A stretch of 32,000 bases of DNA from Dubosiella newyorkensis (GCF_001945605.1 NZ_MPKA01000086.1:61045-93044), one strand, 5' to 3'; shown: positions 1-9,418, counted from the stretch's first letter. Made by a program: numbers and translations. The notes: generated from the letters alone by a model not told the origin.

Positions 1-1771
1 TTTTGCGGATTCGGATCGCGTCTGGTGTGACTTCGACAAGCTCGTCGTCGTTGATCCATTCCAGAGCTTCCTCCAACGAGAACACTCTAGGTGGCGTCAA
101 AAGCATCGCCTCGTCCCGACCACTGCTTCTTATCGCCGTAAGCTTCTTGTTTTTGAGCGGATTAACATCCAAGTCAATATTTTTTGCCGACTCACCGATG
201 ATCATTCCTTCATAAACAGGTGTTTGTGGCGATACGAATAAAGATCCACGCTCCTGCAAGTTCCAGAGCGCGTATGTCATCGCCTCTCCTGTCTCGGTGG
301 AAATCATCGCTCCCTGCATGCGCTGGGTGATCTCGCCTTTATAAGGTTCGTATCCACTGATCCTTCTAACAAGCGTTCCTTCGCCATGCGTATCGTTGAT
401 AAATTGATTTCTGAATCCTAAAAGTCCACGAGTAGGCGCCGTATAGGTGATCTTGACATAGCCGTTTTCTTCTTCCATATCTTGCATGACCCCTTTACGC
501 AGGTTGAGCTGGTTGATGATCGTTCCTTGATATTCAGCAGGCGCTAGGCACACCACTTCTTCAACAGGTTCGACCTTATGTCCATTCTCATCGACATGCA
601 AGATGACTTCTGGCTTCGATACGGCAAGCTCATACCCTTCACGACGCATATTTTCGATCAAGATCGAAATATGAAGCTCGCCACGTCCACTGATCTTGAA
701 ACAATCCGCGCTATCTGTTGGTTCGACCTTCAATCCAACATTGACCTCGAGTTCTTTTTCGAGCCTTTCTTTGATGTTTCTTGATGTAACGTATTTACCA
801 GACTGGCCCGCGAATGGAGAGGTGTTGACATGGAAGTTCATCGATAAGGTCGGCTCTTCGATCGCAATATGTTCCATAGGCTCGATCGAATCAACAGCGC
901 AGATCGTATCGCCAATAGAAATATCTGGCATTCCCGCGATCACGACAATATCTCCAGAATGCGCTTCTTTGACACTTGTTCTCGACAAGCCCTTATAAAC
1001 GAACAAATTTGAGATTGTCTCTTTTTTCTGCAAACCTTCTTGATTGCAGCGAACATAAGTTTCGCCTTGTTTCAAGACACCATCATAGATCCTTCCGATC
1101 CCTAAACGACCGATATATTCATCATAAGCTAGGGCGGAAACTTGCATTTTTGCTGGTTCCGCATCTAGATCAGGGTATACATCGCAATGCTTCAAGATCG
1201 TATCGAACAAAGGATCGATATTGTCGCTAGGCGTATCTAGATCGTATTGAACGATGCCTTCGCGCGCGATTCCATATAAGATCGGAAAATCGAGCTGCTC
1301 ATCGCTCGCGTTGAGATCCAAAAACAAATCATACACTTCATCCACGACTTCTTCTGCTCTTTGATCCTTTTTGTCGATCTTATTGATCAAAAGGATCGGC
1401 CTAAGACCGATTTCCAACGCTTTCGACAAAACGAACCGCGTTTGAGGCATAGGGCCTTCGCTTGCGTCCACGAGCAAAATCACCGTATCCACTGTCTTGA
1501 TGATTCTCTCCACTTCGCTGGAAAAATCCGCGTGTCCTGGAGTGTCGACAATGTTGATCTTGACACCATCGTGAATGACTGAACAGTTTTTCGAATAGAT
1601 CGTGATCCCGCGCTCGCGCTCTAGATCATTGGAGTCCATCACACAATCGACAACTTGTTCATTATCGCGAAACACATCGCTTTGACGCAAAAAGGCATCG
1701 ACCAAAGTCGATTTACCCGCATCGACATGCGCGATAACCGCTATATTTAAAATTTTTTCTTGATCCGACAT
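1..1771 (-). CDS. typA: Translational GTPase TypA/BipA, C-terminal end beyond the left edge
   Basis: Absent from the supplied ORF track because it is open at the window edge. My reverse-complement translation from the ATG at 1771-1769 reads [26 protein letters not shown]...[14 protein letters not shown]...[12 protein letters not shown]...LINKIDK. These are GTPase G1-G4 motifs in BipA order, and the frame continues in BipA-like sequence to position 2. A GAGGA Shine-Dalgarno lies a few nt upstream. Confidence 0.9.
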   Translation of the reverse strand, partial: MSDQEKILNIAVIAHVDAGKSTLVDAFLRQSDVFRDNEQVVDCVMDSNDLERERGITIYSKNCSVIHDGVKINIVDTPGHADFSSEVERIIKTVDTVILLVDASEGPMPQTRFVLSKALEIGLRPILLINKIDKKDQRAEEVVDEVYDLFLDLNASDEQLDFPILYGIAREGIVQYDLDTPSDNIDPLFDTILKHCDVYPDLDAEPAKMQVSALAYDEYIGRLGIGRIYDGVLKQGETYVRCNQEGLQKKETISNLFVYKGLSRTSVKEAHSGDIVVIAGMPDISIGDTICAVDSIEPMEHIAIEEPTLSMNFHVNTSPFAGQSGKYVTSRNIKERLEKELEVNVGLKVEPTDSADCFKISGRGELHISILIENMRREGYELAVSKPEVILHVDENGHKVEPVEEVVCLAPAEYQGTIINQLNLRKGVMQDMEEENGYVKITYTAPTRGLLGFRNQFINDTHGEGTLVRRISGYEPYKGEITQRMQGAMISTETGEAMTYALWNLQERGSLFVSPQTPVYEGMIIGESAKNIDLDVNPLKNKKLTAIRSSGRDEAMLLTPPRVFSLEEALEWINDDELVEVTPDAIRIRK

Positions 1772-1902
1772 CGTATCCTCGCTTTCAAAAAATTCATTGA
1801 CATTATAAGCCCACACCTTTAAAAACACAAACAAACCAATTCTTATCCTTTACGAATTGTTGATTATAGTATAATGTATACGGTTGAAAAGGAGATTTAA
1901 TT

Positions 1903-2646
1903 ATGAATGTACGTTATTTTAAAGAATATTCTAGCTTTCTAAATCGAGACATGGAATTTAAGATGTATGGACATGCGGGAACGCTTTGTCTTGTTCTGCC
2001 TTGTCAAGATGGTCGCTTTTTTGAGTGGGAAGACCGACATATGTACGATCAAGTATCCGATCTGATCGAGCAAGGACGGATCCAGTTTGTGAGCGTCGAC
2101 TCAGTCGATCTAGAAAGCTGGTCAAGCTATGGCGATTCTCCTTCACGCATGCAGATGCAAGAAAACTATGTCCAATATATTATGAATGAGCTTATTCCAA
2201 GCGCTCTTTATAAAGCGGGTAAACCACAAGACGAGGCGATGATGGTCTTGGGAGCGAGCATGGGCGCCTTTCACGCCGGCAATTTCTTTTTCCGCTATCC
2301 TGGCCGTTTTAAACAAGTATTGGCTCTTAGCGGACTATATGATATGAGTCGCTATTTTTATGATGGAAATATCGATTTCAACGCGTACCAGAACAATCCT
2401 TGCGGATATTTATCGCAGATGGATCCAGCGCATCCTTATATTCCTCAATATAATGAGGCGCAAGCGATCTTTGTGGTTGGACAAGGCGCATGGGAGCACG
2501 AATGCGCCGACGATCTTAGAAAGCTGGCCGGCCTTTGTTTTCACAAAGGGATCCATATCCAAACGGATTTTTGGGGATTTGATGTTCCTCACGATTGGCC
2601 AAGCTGGGAAAGACAGATCAAAGAATATTTGCCAAGAATGTGTTAG
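1903..2646 (+). CDS. Esterase family protein (alpha/beta hydrolase, esterase D / YieL-like)
   Basis: 247-aa ORF with a GGAGA SD upstream. It has a GASMG nucleophile-elbow motif and overall resembles 'putative esterase' family proteins. Confidence 0.7.
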   Translation: MNVRYFKEYSSFLNRDMEFKMYGHAGTLCLVLPCQDGRFFEWEDRHMYDQVSDLIEQGRIQFVSVDSVDLESWSSYGDSPSRMQMQENYVQYIMNELIPSALYKAGKPQDEAMMVLGASMGAFHAGNFFFRYPGRFKQVLALSGLYDMSRYFYDGNIDFNAYQNNPCGYLSQMDPAHPYIPQYNEAQAIFVVGQGAWEHECADDLRKLAGLCFHKGIHIQTDFWGFDVPHDWPSWERQIKEYLPRMC

Positions 2647-2680
2647 ACGATCCAAAGACGATCGTCTTTTTTATTTTTTC
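2645..2680 (+). terminator. Rho-independent terminator after the esterase gene
   Basis: AGACGATC (2645-2652) pairs perfectly with GATCGTCT (2660-2667) and is followed by a T-run. Confidence 0.7.
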
Positions 2681-2747
2681 AGTTAGGCAAGAGGGAAGCG
2701 TTCTTTTTCTTGATGTATTACTATTTTTTTAGAAATGAAGAATCGAA

Positions 2748-3302
2748 ATGCTGATCAATCTATTATTAATGCTGTTCTTGATTTGGTTTATTATCCATAA
2801 TTTTATCAAGGCCCATACGTTCACTTCTTTTTCCGTATGGCATGATTCTTTCGTTCCAATCTATTCACTTGTCCTCTTTTTCATCACGATGAAGTGGGAT
2901 CGTGCCAACTTGATCTTGTTGGCGATCCTTACACCAGTGGCTTTGCTTCTTGGCTGGTATGAGACGCGAGGCATAGAGATCAAGAAAGAAAAGTCGCACA
3001 AAAACAAGACGGAATATGAATATATGATCAAACGCGGAACACCCTATGCTGTAGGATGGACGCTAACTTTTGTTTTAGGGATCGCCTTGCATGCATGGTT
3101 CGCCAAAGAAAAGATCTTAAACATGTTTTCCGAAGCGATCTGGGATAATTTGATCGAAGAGCTCAATCCTTTCGCCATTTTTTCTACCTCACATACGTGG
3201 TATATATGGCTTTTGAGCGGTCTTTCTTCGACCACATTCATTTCGGTGATCAAATATTCGATCTCTCGATATTTAAAACATAAAAAAGAAAAAACACTGT
3301 AG
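2748..3302 (+). CDS. Hypothetical polytopic membrane protein
   Basis: 184-aa ORF with several hydrophobic helices and no family I recognise. It ends 15 nt before the next gene, so it is probably the first gene of a three-gene operon. The SD is weak. Confidence 0.5.
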   Translation: MLINLLLMLFLIWFIIHNFIKAHTFTSFSVWHDSFVPIYSLVLFFITMKWDRANLILLAILTPVALLLGWYETRGIEIKKEKSHKNKTEYEYMIKRGTPYAVGWTLTFVLGIALHAWFAKEKILNMFSEAIWDNLIEELNPFAIFSTSHTWYIWLLSGLSSTTFISVIKYSISRYLKHKKEKTL

Positions 3303-3317
3303 CGGAAAGGAGAAAGT

Positions 3318-4787
3318 ATGGAAACGATATATGAACGGCTAAGATCGATTGCCAAAAGCGATCCAGACCAACTCGCTTTGTTGACGAGCGATAGATCGCT
3401 GACCTATCGCGACATGATCGATCAAGTGGATGAGCTCGCTCAAAAGATTCCTTTCAGTCATCAAAAAGTGGGAGTCATCTTAGAGCATGGGATCGATATG
3501 ATCTTTGTCTTGTTCGCGCTTTTAAAAAATGGAAATTGTTATGTGCCAGCCGAACCTAGCTTTCCGATCGAACGCGTCAAAACGATGATGGAAGAAGCGA
3601 ATGTCAAGACGATCATCACCCAGACAAAATTCAATGAACGATTCAAAGGAATGGACCTGACCGATCTTGACGATTTAAAAAAAAGTGAAGCGGATGGAAG
3701 TGATCCTATGTGGATCAAAAGTGAAGATCCAGCCTATATTTTATATACTTCCGGAAGCACAGGGAGACCGAAAGGTGTTTGTGTGACCCCAAAAAATGTG
3801 CTGCATTATATATGGGCGTTTGAACATGAATTTCATATTGGTCCAGGCGATCGGATGCTTCAATATTCTGTCTGTTCTTTTGATATTTTTGTGGAAGAGG
3901 TGTTCGCATCTTTGCTCAATGGTGCTTGCCTTGTCATTCCGAACGAAGCGGAAAAGAAGGACTTGTCTTCTTTGATGGATTTCGTTGAAAAAAACGCGGT
4001 TACGATCATTAGTGGTTTTCCTTATCTTCTTGAGGAGATGAATCACTTGCCTTCGATTCCTTGTTCTTTGCGTCTATTGATCAGTGGAGGCGATGTGCTT
4101 CGAGGAAGCTATATCGATCATCTTCTTGATCAAGTTGTGATCTATAACACATACGGGCCTTCGGAAACGACGGTCTGCGCTTCTTATTTTAAAGTCAATG
4201 GAAGCAAAGTGCTTGAGGATGGGACTTACCCGATCGGTAAAGCGGTTTTAGGAAGCCATATCGATCTTTGGAATGATCAGGACCATCCTGTAAAGGATGG
4301 AGAAGTCGGGGAAATCATTATTTCAGGCGATGGCGTATCGTTAGGCTATATTGGAAATCATTCACAAGAAAACAAAGCGTTCGAGAAAAAAGGAGGAACG
4401 ACTTACTACCATTCGGGCGATCTTGGATACAAGCTCAAGGATGGAAATCTTGCGTTTTTACGTCGCAAAGACGATCAAGTCATGATCTTAGGAAAACGAG
4501 TGGAAGTGATGGAAGTCGAAGCGAAGCTCAATCAAATCGATACGATCGAAGAAGCGATCGTCAGAGTCTATCAAGATGAAGAACATTTATCGTATATGAT
4601 CGCTTATTTTGTTCCTAAAACGAAGTGTTCTCTATCGAAGATCGTCGAACAATTGAGCGAGTCGCTGACTTACTTTATGATCCCTTCTTATTTTGTTCAA
4701 ATGAAATCGTTGCCTAGAAACGCGAATGGAAAGATCGATGATGGGCTTTTGCCAGTTGTTTTGAAAGTGGGCCACCTGGATGTCTGA
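3318..4787 (+). CDS. Stand-alone NRPS-type amino-acid adenylation (AMP-binding) enzyme, no carrier domain
   Basis: 489 aa with an AAAGGAGAA SD. It carries adenylation core motifs: YILYTSGSTGRPKGV (A3), FDIFVEE (A4), NTYGPSETT (A5), YHSGDLG (A7), RRKDDQVMILGKRVEVMEVE (A8) and NGKID (A10). Confidence 0.85.
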   Translation: METIYERLRSIAKSDPDQLALLTSDRSLTYRDMIDQVDELAQKIPFSHQKVGVILEHGIDMIFVLFALLKNGNCYVPAEPSFPIERVKTMMEEANVKTIITQTKFNERFKGMDLTDLDDLKKSEADGSDPMWIKSEDPAYILYTSGSTGRPKGVCVTPKNVLHYIWAFEHEFHIGPGDRMLQYSVCSFDIFVEEVFASLLNGACLVIPNEAEKKDLSSLMDFVEKNAVTIISGFPYLLEEMNHLPSIPCSLRLLISGGDVLRGSYIDHLLDQVVIYNTYGPSETTVCASYFKVNGSKVLEDGTYPIGKAVLGSHIDLWNDQDHPVKDGEVGEIIISGDGVSLGYIGNHSQENKAFEKKGGTTYYHSGDLGYKLKDGNLAFLRRKDDQVMILGKRVEVMEVEAKLNQIDTIEEAIVRVYQDEEHLSYMIAYFVPKTKCSLSKIVEQLSESLTYFMIPSYFVQMKSLPRNANGKIDDGLLPVVLKVGHLDV

Positions 4788-5253
4788 AGTCAACATCGAA
4801 CAAGCGTCTTTGCAGGATCTTGATCTGTTGATGCATTGGCGGATGATCGTATTGAAAGAAGTATTTTCGCTCGATGCGCATGAAGATCTTACTGAATTGT
4901 ATCTTCAAAATAAACAGTATTATGAAAAAACACTCTCGGATAATACTCATATTGCTTGTTTTGCCAAAAAGGAAGGAAAGATCGTCGGGTGTGGTGGCAT
5001 TTGTTTATATTCTGAAATGCCTTCTCCTGACAATTTGAATGGACTGTGTGGCTATTTGATGAATATTTATGTTTGTCCTGATATGAGACGCCAAAAGATC
5101 GGAGAGGCGATCGTCCATTTTTTGATCGAGCAGGCAAGATTAAGAGAGGTCAAAAAGATCACTCTCGAAAGCAGTGAAAGGGGAAGGAAGCTGTATCAAA
5201 CGATCGGTTTTATCGAAGAACAAGATATGATGATCTTGAAAGATTCACAATAA
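4780..5253 (+). CDS. GNAT family N-acetyltransferase
   Basis: 157 aa. The start ATG at 4780 overlaps the adenylase stop by 8 nt. It has the GNAT motif A region (RRQKIGEAIV) and a typical C-terminal LYQTIGF. Confidence 0.8.
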   Translation: MSEVNIEQASLQDLDLLMHWRMIVLKEVFSLDAHEDLTELYLQNKQYYEKTLSDNTHIACFAKKEGKIVGCGGICLYSEMPSPDNLNGLCGYLMNIYVCPDMRRQKIGEAIVHFLIEQARLREVKKITLESSERGRKLYQTIGFIEEQDMMILKDSQ

Positions 5254-5382
5254 TGTTCGCATCAATTTTCTCTTAAGCGCTTGAAGTCCTTTAAAAATAG
5301 AAATGTTATTTCAAAGTCGATCCCGTGTCTTGTGAAGCAAAAACAAAGAGATACAATAAGTCTAGTGTTTGAGGAGAAGAGG

Positions 5383-6311
5383 ATGAAAACAATACAAGTA
5401 GGAATCATTGGAAATGGCAAAAGCGCCAATCGCTAACATGCGCCATTTCTTCTAGATCGACCAGAAAAATTCAAGATCCGTACGATATAGCGGCGAGATC
5501 CTAGCCACGATTCGTGGCCTAAGATCAAGGGAGTCAAATATGTTTGTAATCTAAATGAGATGCTTCAAGATCCGCAAATCGATCTAGTAATCGTGGCTAC
5601 AAGGCATGATTCGCATTTTGAATTTGCAAAAAAAGCGCTGATGGCCGGAAAACACGCGTTGGTAGAAAAGCCATTTGTGATGAGCGAAGCAGAAGCTCGT
5701 AAATTGTTCGCTCTTGCCAAAGATAAAGGGGTCATGCTTCAAGCATACCAGAATCGTCGGTTTGATTCGGTTTTTTTAACGCTTAAAAAGGTGATCGAAA
5801 GCGGAAAACTAGGAACGCTTTTGGAAATCGAGTCGCATTATGATTATTATCGTCCCGAAGTGTCAGAGAAGATGGACGCTTATTCGCGGCTGAATTCGTA
5901 TGTATATGGTTATGCCTGCCATACGATCGATCATATCATCGCCTTATTTGGAAGTCCAAAACGGGTGGTCTATGATGTTCGATCCACTTTAGGTAAAGTA
6001 AAATAAACGATTATTTTGACATCGATTTTTTCTACGAAGAACCGTTGAAAGTTTCGATCAAATCTAGTTATTTCCGCGTGAAGGCTCGTTTCAAATTTGT
6101 CTCGTATGGAATGCTGATCTGGTATGACAAGAATGATACGTATCATGAAGAAAAAGTCGTTTCTGTCGATGGCAATTACGCACAGTTTTATGAAGCGATC
6201 TATGAGTCACTGGTCAACGGTGCAGAACCGCTCGTTAAAGAATGGCAGACGATCGAACTTATGCATCAATTGGAAGCGGCTTGTGAAAGCTTGGAACAAC
6301 AGTTCGATTAA
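5383..6311 (+). pseudogene. Gfo/Idh/MocA family oxidoreductase, decayed (two nonsense codons plus one frameshift)
   Basis: Translation from the ATG at 5383 gives MKTIQVGIIGNGKSANR*HAPF...IRTI*RRD..., joining in frame to track ORF 5560..6006. A frame change near 6000-6006 then links to track ORF 6045..6311 (INDYFDIDF...). The stops are TAA at 5434-5436 and TAG at 5488-5490. The N-terminus is a Rossmann GxGxxA-type motif. Confidence 0.8.
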
Positions 6312-6946
6312 GTCGTTCCACTTTTAAATGTTAAGATCGCTTCTTCTAGCTTTTTCAAAAAACATCCAGCTTGCTTTCCATCCATTTGGGTATGGTGGAA
6401 TTGAAAAGAGATCGTCAATAATGCTTGGGGACCATCAATCCGATATTTTCCCCAGATCAAAAACGGATTGTTGAAAATCCCGCTGTTCATTCCGATTGCT
6501 CCATCGAGTTCTACATCTACGATTGCCGAGGTGCCGATCACCATACATTGTAAAGAGAGGTCCTGATCTTTGCAGGTTCTATAAGCTTTTTGTGTAGAGT
6601 GCAAATAATTGGCATTGAATTGTTTGAGATCTTCGGTATAGCGGATATCGCATGAACTGATTTCTCCTTTTTTGTTTGCGACGATCGTGTTGATCGCAAG
6701 CTGGTCGAATTTGTATAGTCGTCCTTCTAGTGGAAGAAGCTCAAACTCTTTGATGGAAGAAGCGGCTTGTCCAATACAATACAGCATAAGCATGTTTAAT
6801 TTCATGTTGAATCGTTTCGATGCTTGAATGATAGGCATAATATCGTATGTTTTGAAAAAGGTCACCATTGGATTTGGAGCATTCATCCACAGTTCGAATG
6901 CCGCAGCTCTTGTGGTTGTCTTTGGATCGATTTCTTTTCTACTCAT
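6308..6946 (-). CDS. Chloramphenicol-acetyltransferase-like (CatA-like) O-acetyltransferase
   Basis: Has the CAT-type catalytic motif FHHTQMDG near the C-terminus and a CAT-like N-terminus (RAAAFELW). I prefer the ATG at 6946 (MSRKEIDP) because an AAAGGAA SD precedes it. The track ORF extends to 6973. Confidence 0.7.
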   Translation of the reverse strand: MSRKEIDPKTTTRAAAFELWMNAPNPMVTFFKTYDIMPIIQASKRFNMKLNMLMLYCIGQAASSIKEFELLPLEGRLYKFDQLAINTIVANKKGEISSCDIRYTEDLKQFNANYLHSTQKAYRTCKDQDLSLQCMVIGTSAIVDVELDGAIGMNSGIFNNPFLIWGKYRIDGPQALLTISFQFHHTQMDGKQAGCFLKKLEEAILTFKSGTT

Positions 6947-7796
6947 ATTTATTCCTTTCTTTCTTTTTGTCATTTACAGGCAAGACGAAGTGTTGCGTTG
7001 GATAGTCAAACTCAATGGAGCATTCTCGTTCCATGAAACCAAGTTTTATGAATTCTTCGCGGTATCCAGTATCGGCTGGATCGTATTTCCGAAATGTCGA
7101 GATCCAGATTTCTTGATTTGGACAATAGGTTTCTTTCAACGCGTTTAAAAAAAGCTGGGTGAGCTGGCTATTCCGATATTGAGGATGAATGCCTAGAAAG
7201 TCGATCCAGCAAGGATGAGAACGAAACACTAAAGCACCGATCAATTCATGTTCATGTTCGATCAAAAGCGCTCGTTTTTGTTCGATCGCAATTTCTAGCT
7301 GAACTCGGTATTCGACTTCATTTAAACTAGGATATCCGTCCACAACTAGATGAAGCAAGGTGATCCAAGATGGAATATCGGATTTTTTTGCGTGTCGAAT
7401 CGTGGCTTTGGACAATATGAAATCATCATACATGTCCTGAACGTTCATTCGTAGCTGCAAAGGATAGTATTGCTTCTGTTTTCGAAATTTGGCTGGTGGT
7501 ATTTTATACATTTTTCTGAATCGATTCGTAAAGGTACGCTGGCTCTCATAGCCGCTCCATAGTGCGATTTCCATGATGGGTCGCTGAGTTTGTGCTAGAG
7601 ATCTTGCCGCTTCGCTTAGGCGGCGTCGAAGAATATAGGTATGGATAGATAATCCGATGGTTTTCGTAAATAGGCGATGTAAATAGTATTTTGAATAATG
7701 CATGGAGGCGGCGAGCGTATCCAGATCGATATTTTCATGGAGATGGTCTTCGATATACTCGATGATTTTCTGAACAATATTTACATTTTGAGCCAT
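6939..7796 (-). CDS. AraC family transcriptional regulator with a C-terminal GNAT-like domain
   Basis: The N-terminal AraC HTH pair reads YLHRLFTKTIGLS...IALWSGYESQRTFTNRFRKMY. The C-terminal half resembles a GNAT fold (ALLIEHEHELIGALVF...IDFLGIHPQYRNSQLTQLF). The preferred start MAQNVN at 7796 is preceded by AAAGGAGGA. The stop overlaps the CAT-like start by 8 nt. Confidence 0.8.
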   Translation of the reverse strand: MAQNVNIVQKIIEYIEDHLHENIDLDTLAASMHYSKYYLHRLFTKTIGLSIHTYILRRRLSEAARSLAQTQRPIMEIALWSGYESQRTFTNRFRKMYKIPPAKFRKQKQYYPLQLRMNVQDMYDDFILSKATIRHAKKSDIPSWITLLHLVVDGYPSLNEVEYRVQLEIAIEQKRALLIEHEHELIGALVFRSHPCWIDFLGIHPQYRNSQLTQLFLNALKETYCPNQEIWISTFRKYDPADTGYREEFIKLGFMERECSIEFDYPTQHFVLPVNDKKKERNKYE

Positions 7797-7970
7797 TTCA
7801 GATCCTCCTTTCTTTTTTATTTTACCAAGATAGAACAGAATCGTTTTCACTTAGATTGCGGTCTTAGAAGAAAACATCACGCTTTTTGAAGAAAAAGGGT
7901 GGTGTTTTTCATATTCTTGAATGATAGATAGAGTATGGAAAGGTGCAATACAGACTAGAGAATAAAATGT

Positions 7971-8026
7971 GTTGACATTGTCAACGCATAGAGGTATATA
8001 TGAGTTGATAAAGTCAACTCATATAT
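7971..8026 (+). promoter_or_regulatory. Promoter of the MarR-GNAT unit with two palindromic operator candidates
   Basis: TTGACA (7972-7977), a 17-nt spacer, then TATATA (7995-8000). The perfect palindrome GTTGACATTGTCAAC (7971-7985) covers the -35. An inverted repeat ATATATGAGTTGA-5 nt-TCAACTCATATAT (7996-8026) covers the -10 and start region. Both share GTTGA/TCAAC half sites. Confidence 0.55.
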
Positions 8027-8039
8027 TGGAGGGAATACG

Positions 8040-8477
8040 ATGAATGAAGATTTGATAAAAAAAATACGCCGGTTTAACCGGTACTACACTATCTGGTTGG
8101 ACGTTTTGAATAAAGAGTATTTGGGAATGAGTTTCTCATGGCCTGAATCGAGAGTGTTATTTGACATCTATAAGAACCAAGGAATCAATGCCACTGAATT
8201 ATGTGAGCATTTAAACATGGATAAAAGCTATGTAAGCAGAATTCTCGCAAAACTTGAAAAAAAAGGATTTATAACGAGAAAACTTGTTTCGGGGAGCAAG
8301 GGAATTAAAAAATTGTATTTAACTAAAACAGGAAGTGAAGAAGCGAAAAAAATAGACTGGAATGGTGATCAACAAATTAGTGAAAAATTAAAAAATATAG
8401 ATCAAGAAGATTGTGATCGATTATGTGAAGCCATGGAACGGATTGAACATATATTGTGTAAAAATGATGAAAAATAA
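8040..8477 (+). CDS. MarR family transcriptional regulator
   Basis: 145 aa with a GGAGGG SD. It has a winged-helix core typical of MarR (LFDIYKNQGINATELCEHLNMDKSYVSRILAKLEKKGFITR). Confidence 0.85.
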   Translation: MNEDLIKKIRRFNRYYTIWLDVLNKEYLGMSFSWPESRVLFDIYKNQGINATELCEHLNMDKSYVSRILAKLEKKGFITRKLVSGSKGIKKLYLTKTGSEEAKKIDWNGDQQISEKLKNIDQEDCDRLCEAMERIEHILCKNDEK

Positions 8478-8500
8478 ATTGAACTTTAGGAGGAACTGTT

Positions 8501-8983
8501 ATGAAGATCGAAATAGTTTTAGCTTATAGGCATCCACAAGATATACGTGCTCTATTTTCAGAATATACAAATCTGTTAATTGCGAATGATCGTTCGTTTC
8601 AGAAGTATCTTGATATTCAGCGCTATGAAGAAGAAATAAATCATTTAGAAAAAAAATACGGTATGCCCTTTGGAAGATTGTATTTGGCGTATTGTGATGG
8701 AGAAGTTGCAGGTTGTATTGGATTGAAAGGTATAGATCAAAAGAACTGTGAAATGAAACGCCTTTATGTAAGACCACCATTTAGAGGAAAAAATATTGGC
8801 AAATTGCTTATACAAAAAATCATAACTGACGCAAAAGAAATTGGTTATTCTTATATGTTGTTAGACACTCTTCCTTTTTTAGAAAAGGCGATTAATGTGT
8901 ATAAACAATTTGGATTCTACACGATAGATTGTTATAACAACAGTCCTATGAGTACATCGATCTACATGAGATTGGATTTATGA
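8501..8983 (+). CDS. GNAT family N-acetyltransferase
   Basis: 160 aa with an AGGAGG SD. It has GNAT motif A (RLYVRPPFRGKNIGKLLI) and a typical C-terminal YKQFGFY. Confidence 0.85.
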   Translation: MKIEIVLAYRHPQDIRALFSEYTNLLIANDRSFQKYLDIQRYEEEINHLEKKYGMPFGRLYLAYCDGEVAGCIGLKGIDQKNCEMKRLYVRPPFRGKNIGKLLIQKIITDAKEIGYSYMLLDTLPFLEKAINVYKQFGFYTIDCYNNSPMSTSIYMRLDL

Positions 8984-9097
8984 TTTATATTCTATTTTTA
9001 GAAATTGCAGATTGAGCTGAATTCGTTAAATACGAGAGCGATACTCTTTTTTGAATGTGAAATTGTTTTTAATTTTCAACCATTCACCGAACATTTG

Positions 9098-9131
9098 GGC
9101 ACCATGGTAAACATCATGATGCCTTTTTTTT
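9098..9131 (+). terminator. Possible rho-independent terminator downstream of the GNAT gene
   Basis: GGCACCATG...CATGATGCC forms an imperfect stem with one mismatch, followed by T8. Confidence 0.4.
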
Positions 9132-9205
9132 GGAAACAAAAAAGAAGGAACCATTATGATCAGCCCCCTGTCAAGTAGACACGGGAAATAATTTACTGGA
9201 GATCC

Positions 9206-9246
9206 GCCTCTTTAATAGCACTTGCTATTAAAGAGGCCTTTTTTTT
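9206..9246 (+). terminator. Strong rho-independent terminator
   Basis: GCCTCTTTAATAGCA (9206-9220) pairs perfectly with TGCTATTAAAGAGGC (9223-9237) and is followed by T8. Confidence 0.7.
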
Positions 9247-9418
9247 ATCTATACCTTCCCAGTATTTTTTGATTCGTTTATTCTCTTTGATTGGATACAG
9301 TACCGGTTCATCGGTTGCTTTTTACAGCTTCTCTTACTTCAGATGCAGTAAGACCGTGAAAACGTTCTTGTGGATATTCATTCATATAATAGTGGATTTA
9401 GTATTAATGGTGCATCCC

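Noticed and set aside
3318-4787. Calling the adenylation enzyme DltA (D-alanine--D-alanyl carrier protein ligase)
   Set aside because: Size and motifs are compatible, but no dltB, dltC or dltD genes are nearby. The gene is instead coupled to a GNAT, so a specific DltA call is not supported.
5560-6311. Two separate small genes (track ORFs 5560..6006 and 6045..6311)
   Set aside because: Both are fragments of one Gfo/Idh/MocA gene that starts at 5383. The listed starts are internal or alternative codons created by the upstream stops and the frameshift.
6973-7850. Longer track starts for the CAT-like gene (6973) and the AraC gene (7850)
   Set aside because: Internal ATGs at 6946 and 7796 have much better Shine-Dalgarno sequences (AAAGGAA and AAAGGAGGA). 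The N-terminal extensions are Lys-rich or hydrophobic junk.
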